From positions 1,920,001 to 1,984,000 of the forward strand of contig OZ220089.1 in assembly GCA_964291625.2 (NCBI GenBank): DNA of 64,000 nucleotides. The letters are read 5' to 3'. Origin of the DNA: Candidatus Latescibacterota bacterium. Lineage in GTDB: Bacteria; Latescibacterota; UBA2968; UBA8231. Positions within the stretch are counted from its first letter, which is position 1. Every line of letters starts with the position of its first letter. The translations under genes and the position numbers were made by a program. Shown in pieces: positions 37,628-47,806 of the stretch. The notes under the pieces were generated by a model. It was not told where the DNA came from. It saw only the letters and a program-made list of their open reading frames with translations, and ran no database searches.

Positions 37628-38389
37628 TCAGCGGCGCAGGACGAAGTGGACGCGGTCGCAGAGGTCGGAGCCCGGCCGCAGGCTGAAGCCGTCGAGAAGC
37701 TCGACGAGGTCGAAGGGGCTGGCGTCGACGGCGGCGGCCAGCTCGCCGCACTCGTAGATGCGCTGCACGTGGGTCTCCCGGACCCGGGATCCGTCCTCGA
37801 AGCAGATGTCGAAGTCGTTGTGCTGGAGGCGTTCGTCGGAGGAGTAGTGGCTGTGCCGGCGAAAGCTGAAGCCGCGGCCGCGCTCGGAGCTGCGCACGTC
37901 CCCGAAGTGACGCACGGAGTTCTGCTCGGTGCAGATGTCGAAGATAAAGACCGCGCCCTCCGGCAGCACGCCGTGCACCTGGGTCAGGGCCTCCCCCACC
38001 TCTTCGAGGGTCAGCAGGTAGTTCAGGCTGTCGTAGAGGCACACGGCGGCCCCGTGCTCCCCGACCCCCGACAGGTCCCGCAGGTCGCGGACACCGAAGC
38101 GCAGGTCCCCCTGCTGACGGGCGGCCTTCTCGCGGGCCACCCGGACCATCTCCTCGGAGGCATCGTACCCGGTGAGGCGGTAACCCGCCGCCGCCAGGGC
38201 GAAGGAGGCGTTGCCGGTGCCGCAGGCCAGGTCCAGAAGACGGCCGGGCTCGCACTCGTGGCGCCGCAGCAGGGAGGCGACATAGTTGGCCCAGGCCGGG
38301 TAGTCGACGTGGCGCATCACGAAGTCGTAGATCGAGGCCAGGCCCTCGTACGGCCGGCGCTCGAGGACGGCGGGCTCAGGGCTCGTCAT
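37628..38389 (-). CDS. Class I SAM-dependent methyltransferase
   Basis: LLDLACGTG, CLYDSLNYL, GAVFIFDI. Confidence 0.9.
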   Translation of the reverse strand: MTSPEPAVLERRPYEGLASIYDFVMRHVDYPAWANYVASLLRRHECEPGRLLDLACGTGNASFALAAAGYRLTGYDASEEMVRVAREKAARQQGDLRFGVRDLRDLSGVGEHGAAVCLYDSLNYLLTLEEVGEALTQVHGVLPEGAVFIFDICTEQNSVRHFGDVRSSERGRGFSFRRHSHYSSDERLQHNDFDICFEDGSRVRETHVQRIYECGELAAAVDASPFDLVELLDGFSLRPGSDLCDRVHFVLRR

Positions 38390-38669
38390 CGAAGGACAGA
38401 ACCTCCGCCGGCAGGGCCTCGCGCCGCAGCTCGCGTACGTAGTGGGAGCGCTGCGAGCGCGCCACCGGCCGCAGCGGCAGGTCGAGGACCTCCACCTCCA
38501 GGCGGTGGCCGCCGGCCTCGACCTCGAGGATCTCGCCGACGCGCACCGCCCGGGAGCCGCGGGCCGGGGTCCCGCCGATGCGCACCCGGCCCTCGTCGCA
38601 GGACCGCCGGGCCCGCGAGCGGGACTTGAAGAGACCCGCGTTCTTCAGGAAGGCGTCGAGGCGCACCAC
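38376..38669 (-). CDS. S4-domain RNA-binding protein (RqcP/Hsp15-like)
   Basis: MVRLDAFLKNAGLFKSRSRARRSCDEGRVRI..VRVGE. Confidence 0.88.
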   Translation of the reverse strand: MVRLDAFLKNAGLFKSRSRARRSCDEGRVRIGGTPARGSRAVRVGEILEVEAGGHRLEVEVLDLPLRPVARSQRSHYVRELRREALPAEVLSFDDEP

Positions 38670-38673
38670 GGGC

Positions 38674-40026
38674 TCAGCGGTCTTCCCCGGGTTCCCGTGC
38701 CGCGGCGGAGTCCTGCCGAGCAGCCGAATCGGCGGCCGCGGCGCCCAGGGGGTCCCAGAGCCACTCGTCGTCGAGGCGCTCCTCCACGTGGATCTCCTGC
38801 CGGTACTCGGCGATGACCTCCTCCATGCGGTGGGCGACCCGCTCTTCGCGGACCAGGGCCTCCAGGGTCGCGAAGTCGTCGTTGATCTTGAAGATGTGGC
38901 CGCCCGTATCGAGGATGACCGGCTCGCTCACGCCGCCGAGACCGAGGTGCCCGATGAAAGGGTCCAGGACGTCGGGAATGGCGGCGCGGTCGAGGATCTG
39001 CCACAGCCCGCCCTGGCGGGCCGAGTGCGGGTCCTCGGAGTGGTCCCGAGCCAGCTGGGCGAAGTCCTCCCCCGCCAGGGCCCGGCGGCGCAGATCCTCG
39101 AGCCGGTCCCGCACCCGCTCCCGGTCGGCCTCGGTGGTCCGCGCCCGCACCAGGATGTGGCTGACGCACATCTCCCCCTCGCGCTTTTCGTGCAGCAGGA
39201 TCAGGTGGAAGCCGAAGCGCGTCAGCACCGGCGCGCTCGTCTCGCCGGGACGCAGGTCGATGGCGGCGCGCTCGAAGTCGGCCGTGAGGGTGCCCGGCGA
39301 GAAGCACCCCAGGTCGCCCCCCGCCGCGGCGGTGCCGGGATCCTCCGACAGCCGGCGGGCGACCTCGGCGAACTCCTCTCCCGAGTCGAGGCGCCCCTGG
39401 ATACGGTCGATCCGCTCCCGGGCGCGCAGACGCACCGAGTCGGCGGGGACGATCTTGAGGTTGATCTGGCTCACCGAGACCTTCGGCGGCGGCGAATCGA
39501 GCCAGGCCTCGCGGAAGGCTTCCACGTCCCGCCGGGTGAGGTACTGCTGGTAGGCCAGCTGCGAGACCATCTGGTCGTAGAGGAGGCGGTTGCGGATGCG
39601 CTTGCGCTCCCGCGCCTTCAACTGGCGTTCGGTCATGCCCGAGTTCTCCAGAAGCTGCTCCAGCTCGCCCGGCCCCATGGAGGCGCGCATGCGTCCGAAC
39701 TCGGCGTTGAGGTATTCCTCGACCTGCACCGGATCGACCTCGATGCTGTCCTTCTGCGCCTTCTTCACCACCACCAGCTCGGCCACCATGTCCTCGAGGA
39801 CGCGGCGGCGCTCCTCGGCCACATCCTCGAGTTCGAGGAAGGCCGGGTTGCGCCCTTGCTGCTGCAGCTGGAGCAGGGTCCGCAACTCCAACTCCGACCA
39901 CAACACCACCTGGTCGTCGACGACGGCGACGATGCGGTCCAGGAGCTCCGGCTCCGCCTGCCCCCGGGAGGGGAAGAGGGCGCAACAGGCCAGGAGGCCG
40001 AGGAACCAGCGCGCCCAGGCCTTCAT
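38674..40026 (-). CDS. surA: SurA-like periplasmic chaperone/parvulin PPIase
   Basis: LDRIVAVVDDQVVLWSEL; two rotamase domains (FAEVARRLSEDPG..GGDLG; SHILVR..FAQLARDHSED). Confidence 0.85.
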   Translation of the reverse strand: MKAWARWFLGLLACCALFPSRGQAEPELLDRIVAVVDDQVVLWSELELRTLLQLQQQGRNPAFLELEDVAEERRRVLEDMVAELVVVKKAQKDSIEVDPVQVEEYLNAEFGRMRASMGPGELEQLLENSGMTERQLKARERKRIRNRLLYDQMVSQLAYQQYLTRRDVEAFREAWLDSPPPKVSVSQINLKIVPADSVRLRARERIDRIQGRLDSGEEFAEVARRLSEDPGTAAAGGDLGCFSPGTLTADFERAAIDLRPGETSAPVLTRFGFHLILLHEKREGEMCVSHILVRARTTEADRERVRDRLEDLRRRALAGEDFAQLARDHSEDPHSARQGGLWQILDRAAIPDVLDPFIGHLGLGGVSEPVILDTGGHIFKINDDFATLEALVREERVAHRMEEVIAEYRQEIHVEERLDDEWLWDPLGAAAADSAARQDSAAAREPGEDR

Positions 40027-40853
40027 CGGCCCCTCAACATGGTTTCGTCGATCTCCCAGCTGTGCTCCTCCCGCAGGCTGTCGACGAGGGCGTGAATGCG
40101 CCCCCGGTACCCCTCCCGGACCAGGGCCTCCTCGATGTTCCGCCGCACCCCCGCCTCGTCGAGGGAGCGCAGGCTGCCGGCCCCCTGCCGGTCCCGCAGG
40201 CGCGCGATGTGCCAGCCGCGGCCGGTGGCGACGACGTCCGAGACCTCCCCCGGCTTCAGGTCGGCGCAGGCCTCCCACAGCTCCGGCCTCTCCCGGGCGG
40301 AGAAGTAGCCGAGGTCGCCCGAGGACGCCGCCGTTGCCTCGTCGAGGGAGACCTCGGCCACGCGGCCGTCGAAGCCGCCATCGCTGAGCAGCTCCTGCCG
40401 CAGGCTCTCGGCGGCGCGCCGCGAGTCGAGCAGGATGTGCTGCGCCCGGATCTCGTCCTCCTGGCGCGTGAACTCCCCGGGGTTGCGGTCGTAGTAGCCC
40501 TGCACGTCCCCCGGGTCGATCTCGATCGACCGGCTCTCGAACTCGCTGTCGAGGTAGGCGGCCACGATGACGTCCTCGCGGGACTGCTCGACGAGACGCT
40601 GGATCCTCGGCCTCTCGTGGACCTGCCTCTCCAGGGCCTCCTGGTAGAGCAGCTGCCGGCGGACCCAGTCCCCCACGAACCGCCGCCGCTGCTCCAGCCC
40701 CGCGTCGCCGGGGACCTGGGCCTCCAGCTCGAGCCGGGTGAGGGACGACGCGCCCACGCGGGCCACCTCCTCCTCCCGTTCGGGCGAGGAGCAGCCGGCG
40801 AGGGAGGCGGCGAGGAGGGCCCCCGCCGGGCGGCTACACCAGTTGTTCCACAA
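40023..40853 (-). CDS. Parvulin-type peptidyl-prolyl isomerase lipoprotein
   Basis: Lipobox LAGC, IRAQHILL, SGDLGYF, GEVSDVV..GWHI. Confidence 0.85.
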   Translation of the reverse strand: MWNNWCSRPAGALLAASLAGCSSPEREEEVARVGASSLTRLELEAQVPGDAGLEQRRRFVGDWVRRQLLYQEALERQVHERPRIQRLVEQSREDVIVAAYLDSEFESRSIEIDPGDVQGYYDRNPGEFTRQEDEIRAQHILLDSRRAAESLRQELLSDGGFDGRVAEVSLDEATAASSGDLGYFSARERPELWEACADLKPGEVSDVVATGRGWHIARLRDRQGAGSLRSLDEAGVRRNIEEALVREGYRGRIHALVDSLREEHSWEIDETMLRGR

Positions 40854-43800
40854 GGTCGCGGGCCTTCGCCAGCCGCTCCTGCTCGTCCGCGGCGCGCAGG
40901 AAGGTCTCGATGGTCAGCCCCTTGCCGACCTTGAACTCCAGCTCGGACGACGACTTCTCCACCAGCCGCTGCAGGTCGGCGGGGGGGACCTGCCGGGTCT
41001 CGGGGAAGCTCATCCGGAACCGGGACTTCTCCAGCTGCACCGACTCCAGCCCGAGCTGCCGCGCCATGACCTTTATCTCCATGATGTGGAGCAGGGACGC
41101 CGCCTGCCACGGCAGGCGTCCGAAGCGGTCCTCCAGCTCCTCGCGGACGGTCAGGAGGTCGACGATGCGCCCCGCCCCGGCCAGGCGCTGGTAGAACTCC
41201 ATCTTGAGGTCGGTGTCGGGCACGTAGTCGTCGGGCAGGTAGGCGGTGACGGCGATCTTGATGTCGGGATCGGCGGCGTGCTCCACCCGCTCCCCCTTCA
41301 GCTCCCGCACCGCTTCGTCGAGGAGCCGCGTGTAGAGGTCGAAGCCGATGGCGGTGATGAACCCGTGCTGCTGCGCCCCCAGGAGGTTGCCGGCGCCGCG
41401 GATCTCCATGTCGCGCATGGCGATGTTGAAGCCCGAGCCGAGGTCGGCGAACTCCTCCACGGCGCGCAGGCGCAGGCGCGACTTGCGGGTCAGCCGCTTG
41501 CCCTTGGGCACCAGGAGGTAGGCGAAGGCGCGCTCCTTCGAGCGTCCTACGCGGCCCCGGATCTGGTAGAGCTGGGAGAGGCCCAGCATGTCGGCGCGGT
41601 TGACCAGGATCGTGTTCACGGAAGGGATGTCGATGCCGGACTCTATGATCATGGTACTGACGAGGCAGTCGTACTTCCGTTCCAGGAAGTCGAGCATGAT
41701 CTTCTCGAGCTGGCGGGCCGGCATCTGGCCGTGGGCCACGGCGAAGCGCACCTGGGGCAGCAACTCGGACAGGTACTGCGCCAGGCTGTGGATCGACTGC
41801 ACGCGGTTGTGGACGAAGTAGACCTGCCCTCCACGTTCGACCTCGCGCTCGATGGCCGCGGAGATACGCCCCTCGTCGAAGGTGATGATCTCGGTGTGGA
41901 TCGGCAGCCGGTCCTGGGGCGGCGTGTTGATCACCGACATGTCGCGGGCCCCCATGAGAGACAGGTGCAGGGTCCGCGGGATCGGCGTCGCCGTGAGGGT
42001 GATGACGTCCACCTGGCGCTTGAGCTGCTTCAGGCGCTCCTTGTGGCGCACGCCGAAGCGCTGCTCCTCGTCGACCACCAGGAGCCCCAGGTCGCGGAAG
42101 CGGATGTCGCGGCCCAGGAGGCGGTGGGTGCCGATGAGGATATCCACCTTGCCCGCCTTCACGTCCTCCACCACCTGCTTCTGCTCCCGCGCCGTGCGAA
42201 ACCGGGAGAGGACCTCCACCCTCACCGGGAAGGGCTCCATGCGCTCGGAGAACACCTGCAGGTGCTGCTGCGCCAGGATCGTCGTCGGCACCAGCACCGC
42301 CACCTGCTTGTGGTCGCACACGGCCTTGAAGGCGGCGCGCACCGCCACCTCCGTCTTGCCGTAACCCACGTCGCCGCAGACCAGGCGGTCCATGGGGTGG
42401 GGCGCCTCCATATCGCGCTTCACCTCCTCCACGGTGCGCAGTTGGTCCGGCGTCTCGGTGAAGGGGAAGGAGGCCTCCAGCTCGCGCAGCATCGGCGAGT
42501 CCCCGGAGAACCCGACCCCCGGCAGGGACTTGCGCTCGGCGTAGAGCTGGATCAGCTCGGCCGCGGCCTTGAAGATCTCCTCCCGGGTGCGCTCCTTGAG
42601 CTTCTCCCAGGCCCCCGAGCCGAGCTTGCTGAGCAGCGGCGGAGCCCCGTCGGCGCCGGTGTAGCGGCGCAGCCGGTCGAGTTGCTCCACGGGCACGAAG
42701 AGCTTGTCCCGGCCCTGGTACGTGACCTCCAGGCAGTCGTGGTCGCGGTTGGTGATCGTCAGCCGCCGCAGCCCGAGGTAGCGGCCGATGCCGTGGTCCA
42801 CGTGGACCACGAAGTCGCCAACACCCAGGGCGTCGAAGGAGGAGATCGGCTTGGCCGCCTTGAAGCGGCGGTAGCGGTGGCGGCTCTTGTTGCGCGAGAA
42901 GATCTCGTGGTCGTTGAGAATCGCCACCTTCGCCTCGGGGTAGACGAAGCCGCGGCTGAGGTTGCCGAGGCCGAAGACGACGTCGTCGCCCCAATCGGCG
43001 AAGATCTCCTGCAGGCGGCTCGACTGGCCCCGGGTCTCGCTGAGGATGTGGACCGCGTAGTTCTCGCGGCCGAGGCGGGCGACCTCCTCGCGGAGGACGT
43101 TCAGGTCGCCCTGGACCAGGCGCGGCTCGGCGGCGCCGAAGCGCACCGCCTCCCCGCCCTCGCCCACGGGAGCGGTCCGGACCCGGGGATGGCGCCCCAC
43201 CTGCCGGTGGAGCCAGGCGGTCTCGCGCACCAGGCGCTCCGGCGGCAGATGGGTGCCGCGGCCGGCGTGGCGCTCGTGATCGCGCCGCGAAGGGGCCTGC
43301 TGCTTCTCCACGTCGGCGTCGATGTCGTCGGTCTCGTCGGCCCAGACCACGGCATCGGCGGGGAGGTACTCGAAGAGGCCGTCGCCCGGGCCGTAGAGCA
43401 CGCCCATCACCGCCTCGATGCCCTCCAAGGTGGCGGTGCCGAGCTCGAGCTGGTCCTTGACCTCGATGAGGTCGACGCCGGTCTCCTTCTCGGCGCTCTC
43501 GAGATTGGGCACGAAATCGTCGAAGAAGGGAGAGTGCAGGACGACCTCGCACACCGGCAGCACGACCGCCTCCGGGCAGGCCTCGAGGGAGCGCTGGGTG
43601 CCCACGTCGAAGGTGCGGATCGACTCGATCTCGTCGTCGAAGAACTCCAGTCGCAGCGGGTGCTCGACGCCGGGGGGATAGATGTCGAGGATGCCGCCGC
43701 GGGAGCTGAACTGGCCGAGGCCGTCGACGATGGGCACGCGCTCGAAGCCGGCGTCGACGAGATGGGAGACCAGGTCGTCGAGGGGCTGGACCTGGCCGCA

Positions 43801-44244
43801 GGCCAGGCGCAGGGTGGCGCGCTCCAGGACGGCGGCCGGGATCAGCGGCGACAGGAGGGCCGCCGCGGGGGCGACGACGATCGTCGGGGAGCCGTCCGCC
43901 AGCCTCGCCGCCGCCTCGATGCGCAGGGCCGAGACCTCCACGTCGGGGGAGCGCCCGTCGTAGAGATCGATGTCCCACATGGGGAAGTAGCGGACCACCT
44001 CCTCACCGGCCACCGCCGTCAGGTCGTCGCGCCAGGCCTCGGCCCGGCTCTCGTCGGCGGCCACCACCAGGATCGACCGCTCCAGCTCGCGCTGGGCCGC
44101 CGTCAGCAGGAAGGCGCCGAGGCTCGCCGGCAGTCCGTGGACCCGCACCTCCTGCCCGCCGGCGAGCCGGTCGAGGACCTGCCGCACGGGGGCGGACTGG
44201 GCGGTCGTTCGGGCGACGGGATCGAGGGCGGGCGCAACGGCCAT
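40834..44244 (-). CDS. mfd: Transcription-repair coupling factor
   Basis: RGGILDIYP, VVHVDHGIGRY, DRLVCGDVGYGKTEVA, VDEEQRFGV, TATPIPRTL, DMEIRGAGNLLG. Confidence 0.98.
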   Translation of the reverse strand: MAVAPALDPVARTTAQSAPVRQVLDRLAGGQEVRVHGLPASLGAFLLTAAQRELERSILVVAADESRAEAWRDDLTAVAGEEVVRYFPMWDIDLYDGRSPDVEVSALRIEAAARLADGSPTIVVAPAAALLSPLIPAAVLERATLRLACGQVQPLDDLVSHLVDAGFERVPIVDGLGQFSSRGGILDIYPPGVEHPLRLEFFDDEIESIRTFDVGTQRSLEACPEAVVLPVCEVVLHSPFFDDFVPNLESAEKETGVDLIEVKDQLELGTATLEGIEAVMGVLYGPGDGLFEYLPADAVVWADETDDIDADVEKQQAPSRRDHERHAGRGTHLPPERLVRETAWLHRQVGRHPRVRTAPVGEGGEAVRFGAAEPRLVQGDLNVLREEVARLGRENYAVHILSETRGQSSRLQEIFADWGDDVVFGLGNLSRGFVYPEAKVAILNDHEIFSRNKSRHRYRRFKAAKPISSFDALGVGDFVVHVDHGIGRYLGLRRLTITNRDHDCLEVTYQGRDKLFVPVEQLDRLRRYTGADGAPPLLSKLGSGAWEKLKERTREEIFKAAAELIQLYAERKSLPGVGFSGDSPMLRELEASFPFTETPDQLRTVEEVKRDMEAPHPMDRLVCGDVGYGKTEVAVRAAFKAVCDHKQVAVLVPTTILAQQHLQVFSERMEPFPVRVEVLSRFRTAREQKQVVEDVKAGKVDILIGTHRLLGRDIRFRDLGLLVVDEEQRFGVRHKERLKQLKRQVDVITLTATPIPRTLHLSLMGARDMSVINTPPQDRLPIHTEIITFDEGRISAAIEREVERGGQVYFVHNRVQSIHSLAQYLSELLPQVRFAVAHGQMPARQLEKIMLDFLERKYDCLVSTMIIESGIDIPSVNTILVNRADMLGLSQLYQIRGRVGRSKERAFAYLLVPKGKRLTRKSRLRLRAVEEFADLGSGFNIAMRDMEIRGAGNLLGAQQHGFITAIGFDLYTRLLDEAVRELKGERVEHAADPDIKIAVTAYLPDDYVPDTDLKMEFYQRLAGAGRIVDLLTVREELEDRFGRLPWQAASLLHIMEIKVMARQLGLESVQLEKSRFRMSFPETRQVPPADLQRLVEKSSSELEFKVGKGLTIETFLRAADEQERLAKARDLVEQLV

Positions 44245-44344
44245 GTCGACGGCAAAGGCCCTTGGAAAGCCTGTATGTAGCTGGGAATGAAGACGTTGCA
44301 GCGGCTTGGAGAGCTGCTTGCCGCGGCGGCGGCAGGAAAGGCGT

Positions 44345-44374
44345 AAAATAACCGGGCCCCGCAAAGACTGTCAA
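44345..44374 (-). promoter_or_regulatory. Putative sigma70 promoter of the mfd operon
   Basis: TTGACA-N18-TATTTT on the minus strand. Confidence 0.55.
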
Positions 44375-44398
44375 CGCGGGGGAAAGGAGCCGAACCGC

Positions 44399-44983
44399 TT
44401 GCCGGAGCCGAGCCACTTTTTCGCCTACCTGGCGCGCATGAAGTACATCGCCCGCTGGGGGGTCATGCGCAACACGCGGACCGAGAACATCCAGGAGCAC
44501 AGCCTGCAGGCGGCGATGATCGCCCACGGCCTGGCGCTGATCGCGCGGGAGATCTTCGGCCGGCCGGTCGACCCGGAAAGGGTGATGGCTCTGGCCGTCT
44601 TCCACGAGGTGAGCGAGGTGATCACCGGCGACCTGCCGAGCCCGATCAAGTACCACGACCCGGCCCTGCGCTCGGCCTACGGACGCATCGAGGACGCGGC
44701 GAGACGCCGCCTCTTCGAGATGCTGCCCGAAGAGCTGCGCGGCGCCTACCGCCCGCTGATCATGGCCGATGGGGAGGACGGGTCGGCCAGTCTGGTGAAG
44801 GCCGCCGACAAGCTCTGCGCCTACCTCAAGTGCCTGGAGGAGGAGAACAGCGGCAACCAGGAGTTCGCCCGCGCCAGGGCCACCCTCGAGGCCGAGATCG
44901 AGGCCCTCGACCTGCCCGAGGTGGCCTGGTTCATGGAACGCTTCGTGCCCGCCTTCTCCCTCACCCTGGACGAGCTGTCGTGA
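44399..44983 (+). CDS. yfbR: 5'-deoxynucleotidase (HD domain)
   Basis: SHFFAYLARMKYIARWGVMRN..ENIQEHS, FHEVSEVITGDLPSPIKY, KAADKLCAYLKC, FSLTLDEL. Confidence 0.92.
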   Translation: MPEPSHFFAYLARMKYIARWGVMRNTRTENIQEHSLQAAMIAHGLALIAREIFGRPVDPERVMALAVFHEVSEVITGDLPSPIKYHDPALRSAYGRIEDAARRRLFEMLPEELRGAYRPLIMADGEDGSASLVKAADKLCAYLKCLEEENSGNQEFARARATLEAEIEALDLPEVAWFMERFVPAFSLTLDELS

Positions 44984-45735
44984 TGGACGAACGACTGACC
45001 GATCTCGGCCTCGAGCCGGTCGAGCTGAGCCTCGAGCAACGGAAGCGGCTCGACGAGGACGGCTTCCTGATCCTCGAAGGTATCATCGGCGCCGCCTGGC
45101 TCGAGGAACTGCGGCAGGCTTTCGAGGCTGTCTTCGAAGACGAGGGGCGAGACGCCGGCAAGGAGGTCGCCCAGGTCGAAGGGGTGCGCCGGCTGGCCGA
45201 CCTCGTCAACAAGGGCGAGGTCTTCGACGGCGTCTACCTGCATCCGGCCCTTCTCGCCGCCGTGTGGCACGTGCTGCGGCGGCCCCTCAAGCTGCACTCC
45301 CTCAACGGCCACGATCCCCTGCCCGGCCACGGCCAGCAGGAGCTCCACGCCGACTGGGGCGGCGATCGCGGAACCGGCCGCTACCACGTGGTCAACTCCA
45401 TGTGGATGCTCGACGACATGACCGCCGACAACGGCGCCACCCGCATCGTGCCCGGCAGCCACCTCTTCCCCGGCCGCGTGGGCGAGGAGGTCTCCGACCG
45501 CCTGGCGCCCCATCCGGGGGAAGTCCTGCTGGAGGCCCCGGCCGGGTCGGTGGGCGTCTTCAACGGCAGCGCCTGGCACAGCTGCACCCACAACCGCTCC
45601 GGGGCGCAGAGGCGCCTGTTGCACTGCGCCTTCATCGCCCGCGAGCACCGGCAGCAGACCGACCAGCGGGAGCACCTGAGGCCGGAGACGGACCGGCGGC
45701 TGACACCGCTGGCGCGCTACGTGCTGGACGTGTGA
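44983..45735 (+). CDS. Phytanoyl-CoA dioxygenase family protein
   Basis: LDEDGFLIL, LHADW, NGATRIVPGSH, WHSCTHN..RR. Confidence 0.9.
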   Translation: MDERLTDLGLEPVELSLEQRKRLDEDGFLILEGIIGAAWLEELRQAFEAVFEDEGRDAGKEVAQVEGVRRLADLVNKGEVFDGVYLHPALLAAVWHVLRRPLKLHSLNGHDPLPGHGQQELHADWGGDRGTGRYHVVNSMWMLDDMTADNGATRIVPGSHLFPGRVGEEVSDRLAPHPGEVLLEAPAGSVGVFNGSAWHSCTHNRSGAQRRLLHCAFIAREHRQQTDQREHLRPETDRRLTPLARYVLDV

Positions 45736-45761
45736 GAGTGGACGATCACCCGGAGGGCCCC

Positions 45762-46148
45762 ATGCGCTTCAATGGAATCTGCATCGTCTCGAAGGATGTC
45801 CGCCGACTTGCCCGGTTCTACATCGAGGTCATCGGCGTCGAGGGCAGTGTGAACAGCACCTTCGTCGGTCTCTCCACCAAGGGGGCCTCCCTCTCGATCT
45901 TCTCCGAGGAGGAGATGGAGCACATGGCAGAGGGGAGCATGGAAGGCGCGGGGCGCGGCGGCTATACGATCGAGTTCGAGGTCGCCGACGTGGACCGACA
46001 GTTCGACCGGCTTCGGGCGATGCGGGTGCCGATCGTGAAGCCACCCACCACCCAACCGTGGGGCCGGCGCTCCGTCTGGTTCCGCGATCCCGACGGCAAC
46101 ATCGTCAACTTCTACGCGGACGTGACGCAGGAGGAGCGGACCGCCTGA
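45762..46148 (+). CDS. VOC/glyoxalase family protein
   Basis: DVRRLARFY, IEFEVADVD, PTTQPWGRRSVWFRDPDGNIVNF. Confidence 0.9.
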   Translation: MRFNGICIVSKDVRRLARFYIEVIGVEGSVNSTFVGLSTKGASLSIFSEEEMEHMAEGSMEGAGRGGYTIEFEVADVDRQFDRLRAMRVPIVKPPTTQPWGRRSVWFRDPDGNIVNFYADVTQEERTA

Positions 46149-46314
46149 GGGCGGCGTCCCTCGACCCTCCTGCACCCTTCGCATCCGCTCCATGCCGCAG
46201 CTCCGGGGCTGCGGTCCTCCGCCTTGCCCGGCTACCCTCTGCAGACGATATTGGCACCCCCGCCGGAGTCAGCAGTTGGTGACCTCAGTCCTTCCCCTGC
46301 TGGAGGCAGGTCCG

Positions 46315-47805
46315 ATGTTCTCCCCACAGGTGCAGTTCAACCCCAGTGTTCCCCGGTTCACCTGGGACGAGGAGACCTTCGCGAGGGCACTGGACACGGA
46401 GAGCAGGGCCAAGGCCGATGGGGCGCACGGCGAACCCCCCGCCGATGCAGGCAACTGCCGGTTCCTGATGGATGTACGCACGGCCACCCGCCAAGTCGCA
46501 AGCGCGGCCCGTACCGAGTTGGAGAAACACCGGGCGATGGTGAACGACTCTCTACGGCTGCCCGACGCGGATGTGGACTTTCTCAGAGAGCAGGACGAGG
46601 CCCTGGCCGACATGCACCAGATCTGCCTCTCCGGCATCGACAGCGCCGAACCGGCGAAGACGAGAGTCAACGAGGTACGCAACGAGTATTCGAGCTTTGC
46701 AGTGGAGAACGGCCTCGCCGGCCGAGCTGCGCAAGCCAGGGACCTGCAGGCGAAATGGGTGATTGCCGCCGTCGCCGGCCTGGAGCTTCTGCTCAACGCC
46801 TGGACCCTTGGCACGGCCCACCCGTCCGGTTTCCTGGGTGTGCTGCCGGAGATGGTTCTCTTCACCGCCTTCAACGTCTTTGCGGGACTTGTCCTCAGCT
46901 TCGCTCTGCGGACGAAGAACCTCCACGAGAGCTTTCGCGGCAAACGTCGTTTCTCCTGGTGCCTCGTGGCCCTGTTGGTCTTTCTCATTCCCCTCTTCAA
47001 TTTCGTATTCGGACACTACCGCGACGCCCTGGTGAGTCTGCAGAGCCAGATTGCAGCCGGCGACTACGAGACCTACGTGACGGTCTGGGCCAGTCTGTTC
47101 CGCACCGCCCTGGCCACGGCCTTCTCCGGCGAGTGGATACCCCAGAGCATGCAGACCGTGGTGCTGATCTTCGGGGGCATGTTCATGTCCAGCCTCGTCG
47201 CGTACAAGCATTACCATGCAGACGATCCCTATCCGGGTTTCGGCGCCCTGTCCCGCAAACGAGACGAGGCCCAGGGGCAGTACAAGACAGAGATCGCCGC
47301 CATCAGCAGCCGCATCGAGGGCAGGGCGGCGGATGCGTCCAAAGCGTTCGCCGGCATCGAAGCCAGAGTCGCATCGGCAGGGGCCGCCGAGGCCCATAGC
47401 CGGATCGAATCCTGGAACTCCGCCTACCGGGGCCTTGTACAGGAGCTGAAGGAGGCGGGCGATCGACAGTTGCGCCTCTACCGGCGGACGAGTGGGGCCG
47501 TCAAGCCGTGGCCGGCGTCGCTCAATGGCCCCTTCGAGGCTTTCGCGGTCGACCCGGAGGTGGCGGATCCGCCGGCGCCCCCTGAGATTCCCGTCCTGAA
47601 GGGACCCATCAGTCGACTGCGAAGAGACTGCGACCGGGTCGTGCTGGAGGGCCGGAGACGCTACAGCTCCGAGGTCTTCGCCCCTTTGCCGGCCCTCGAT
47701 CCCCAGGACGTGAATCACCGTGCCTTTTCCGATCCCCTTGGAAGGCTGGAAGAGATCAGGAGAGATCTCGATGGCCTTCCTGCTGCAGTGGGGACAGAGG
47801 GATAA
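46315..47805 (+). CDS. Hypothetical multi-pass membrane protein with coiled-coil regions
   Basis: About 4 hydrophobic segments, DDPYPGFG motif, helical tail; lower GC than core genes. Confidence 0.7.
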   Translation: MFSPQVQFNPSVPRFTWDEETFARALDTESRAKADGAHGEPPADAGNCRFLMDVRTATRQVASAARTELEKHRAMVNDSLRLPDADVDFLREQDEALADMHQICLSGIDSAEPAKTRVNEVRNEYSSFAVENGLAGRAAQARDLQAKWVIAAVAGLELLLNAWTLGTAHPSGFLGVLPEMVLFTAFNVFAGLVLSFALRTKNLHESFRGKRRFSWCLVALLVFLIPLFNFVFGHYRDALVSLQSQIAAGDYETYVTVWASLFRTALATAFSGEWIPQSMQTVVLIFGGMFMSSLVAYKHYHADDPYPGFGALSRKRDEAQGQYKTEIAAISSRIEGRAADASKAFAGIEARVASAGAAEAHSRIESWNSAYRGLVQELKEAGDRQLRLYRRTSGAVKPWPASLNGPFEAFAVDPEVADPPAPPEIPVLKGPISRLRRDCDRVVLEGRRRYSSEVFAPLPALDPQDVNHRAFSDPLGRLEEIRRDLDGLPAAVGTEG

Positions 47806-47806
47806 T

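Noticed and set aside
46252-46270. TGGCACCCCCGCCGGAGTC, resembling a tRNA 3' end (att site) or a sigma54 -24 box
   Set aside because: Does not match the tRNA-Leu 3' end, the acceptor spacing is one base short, and there is no -12 GC element
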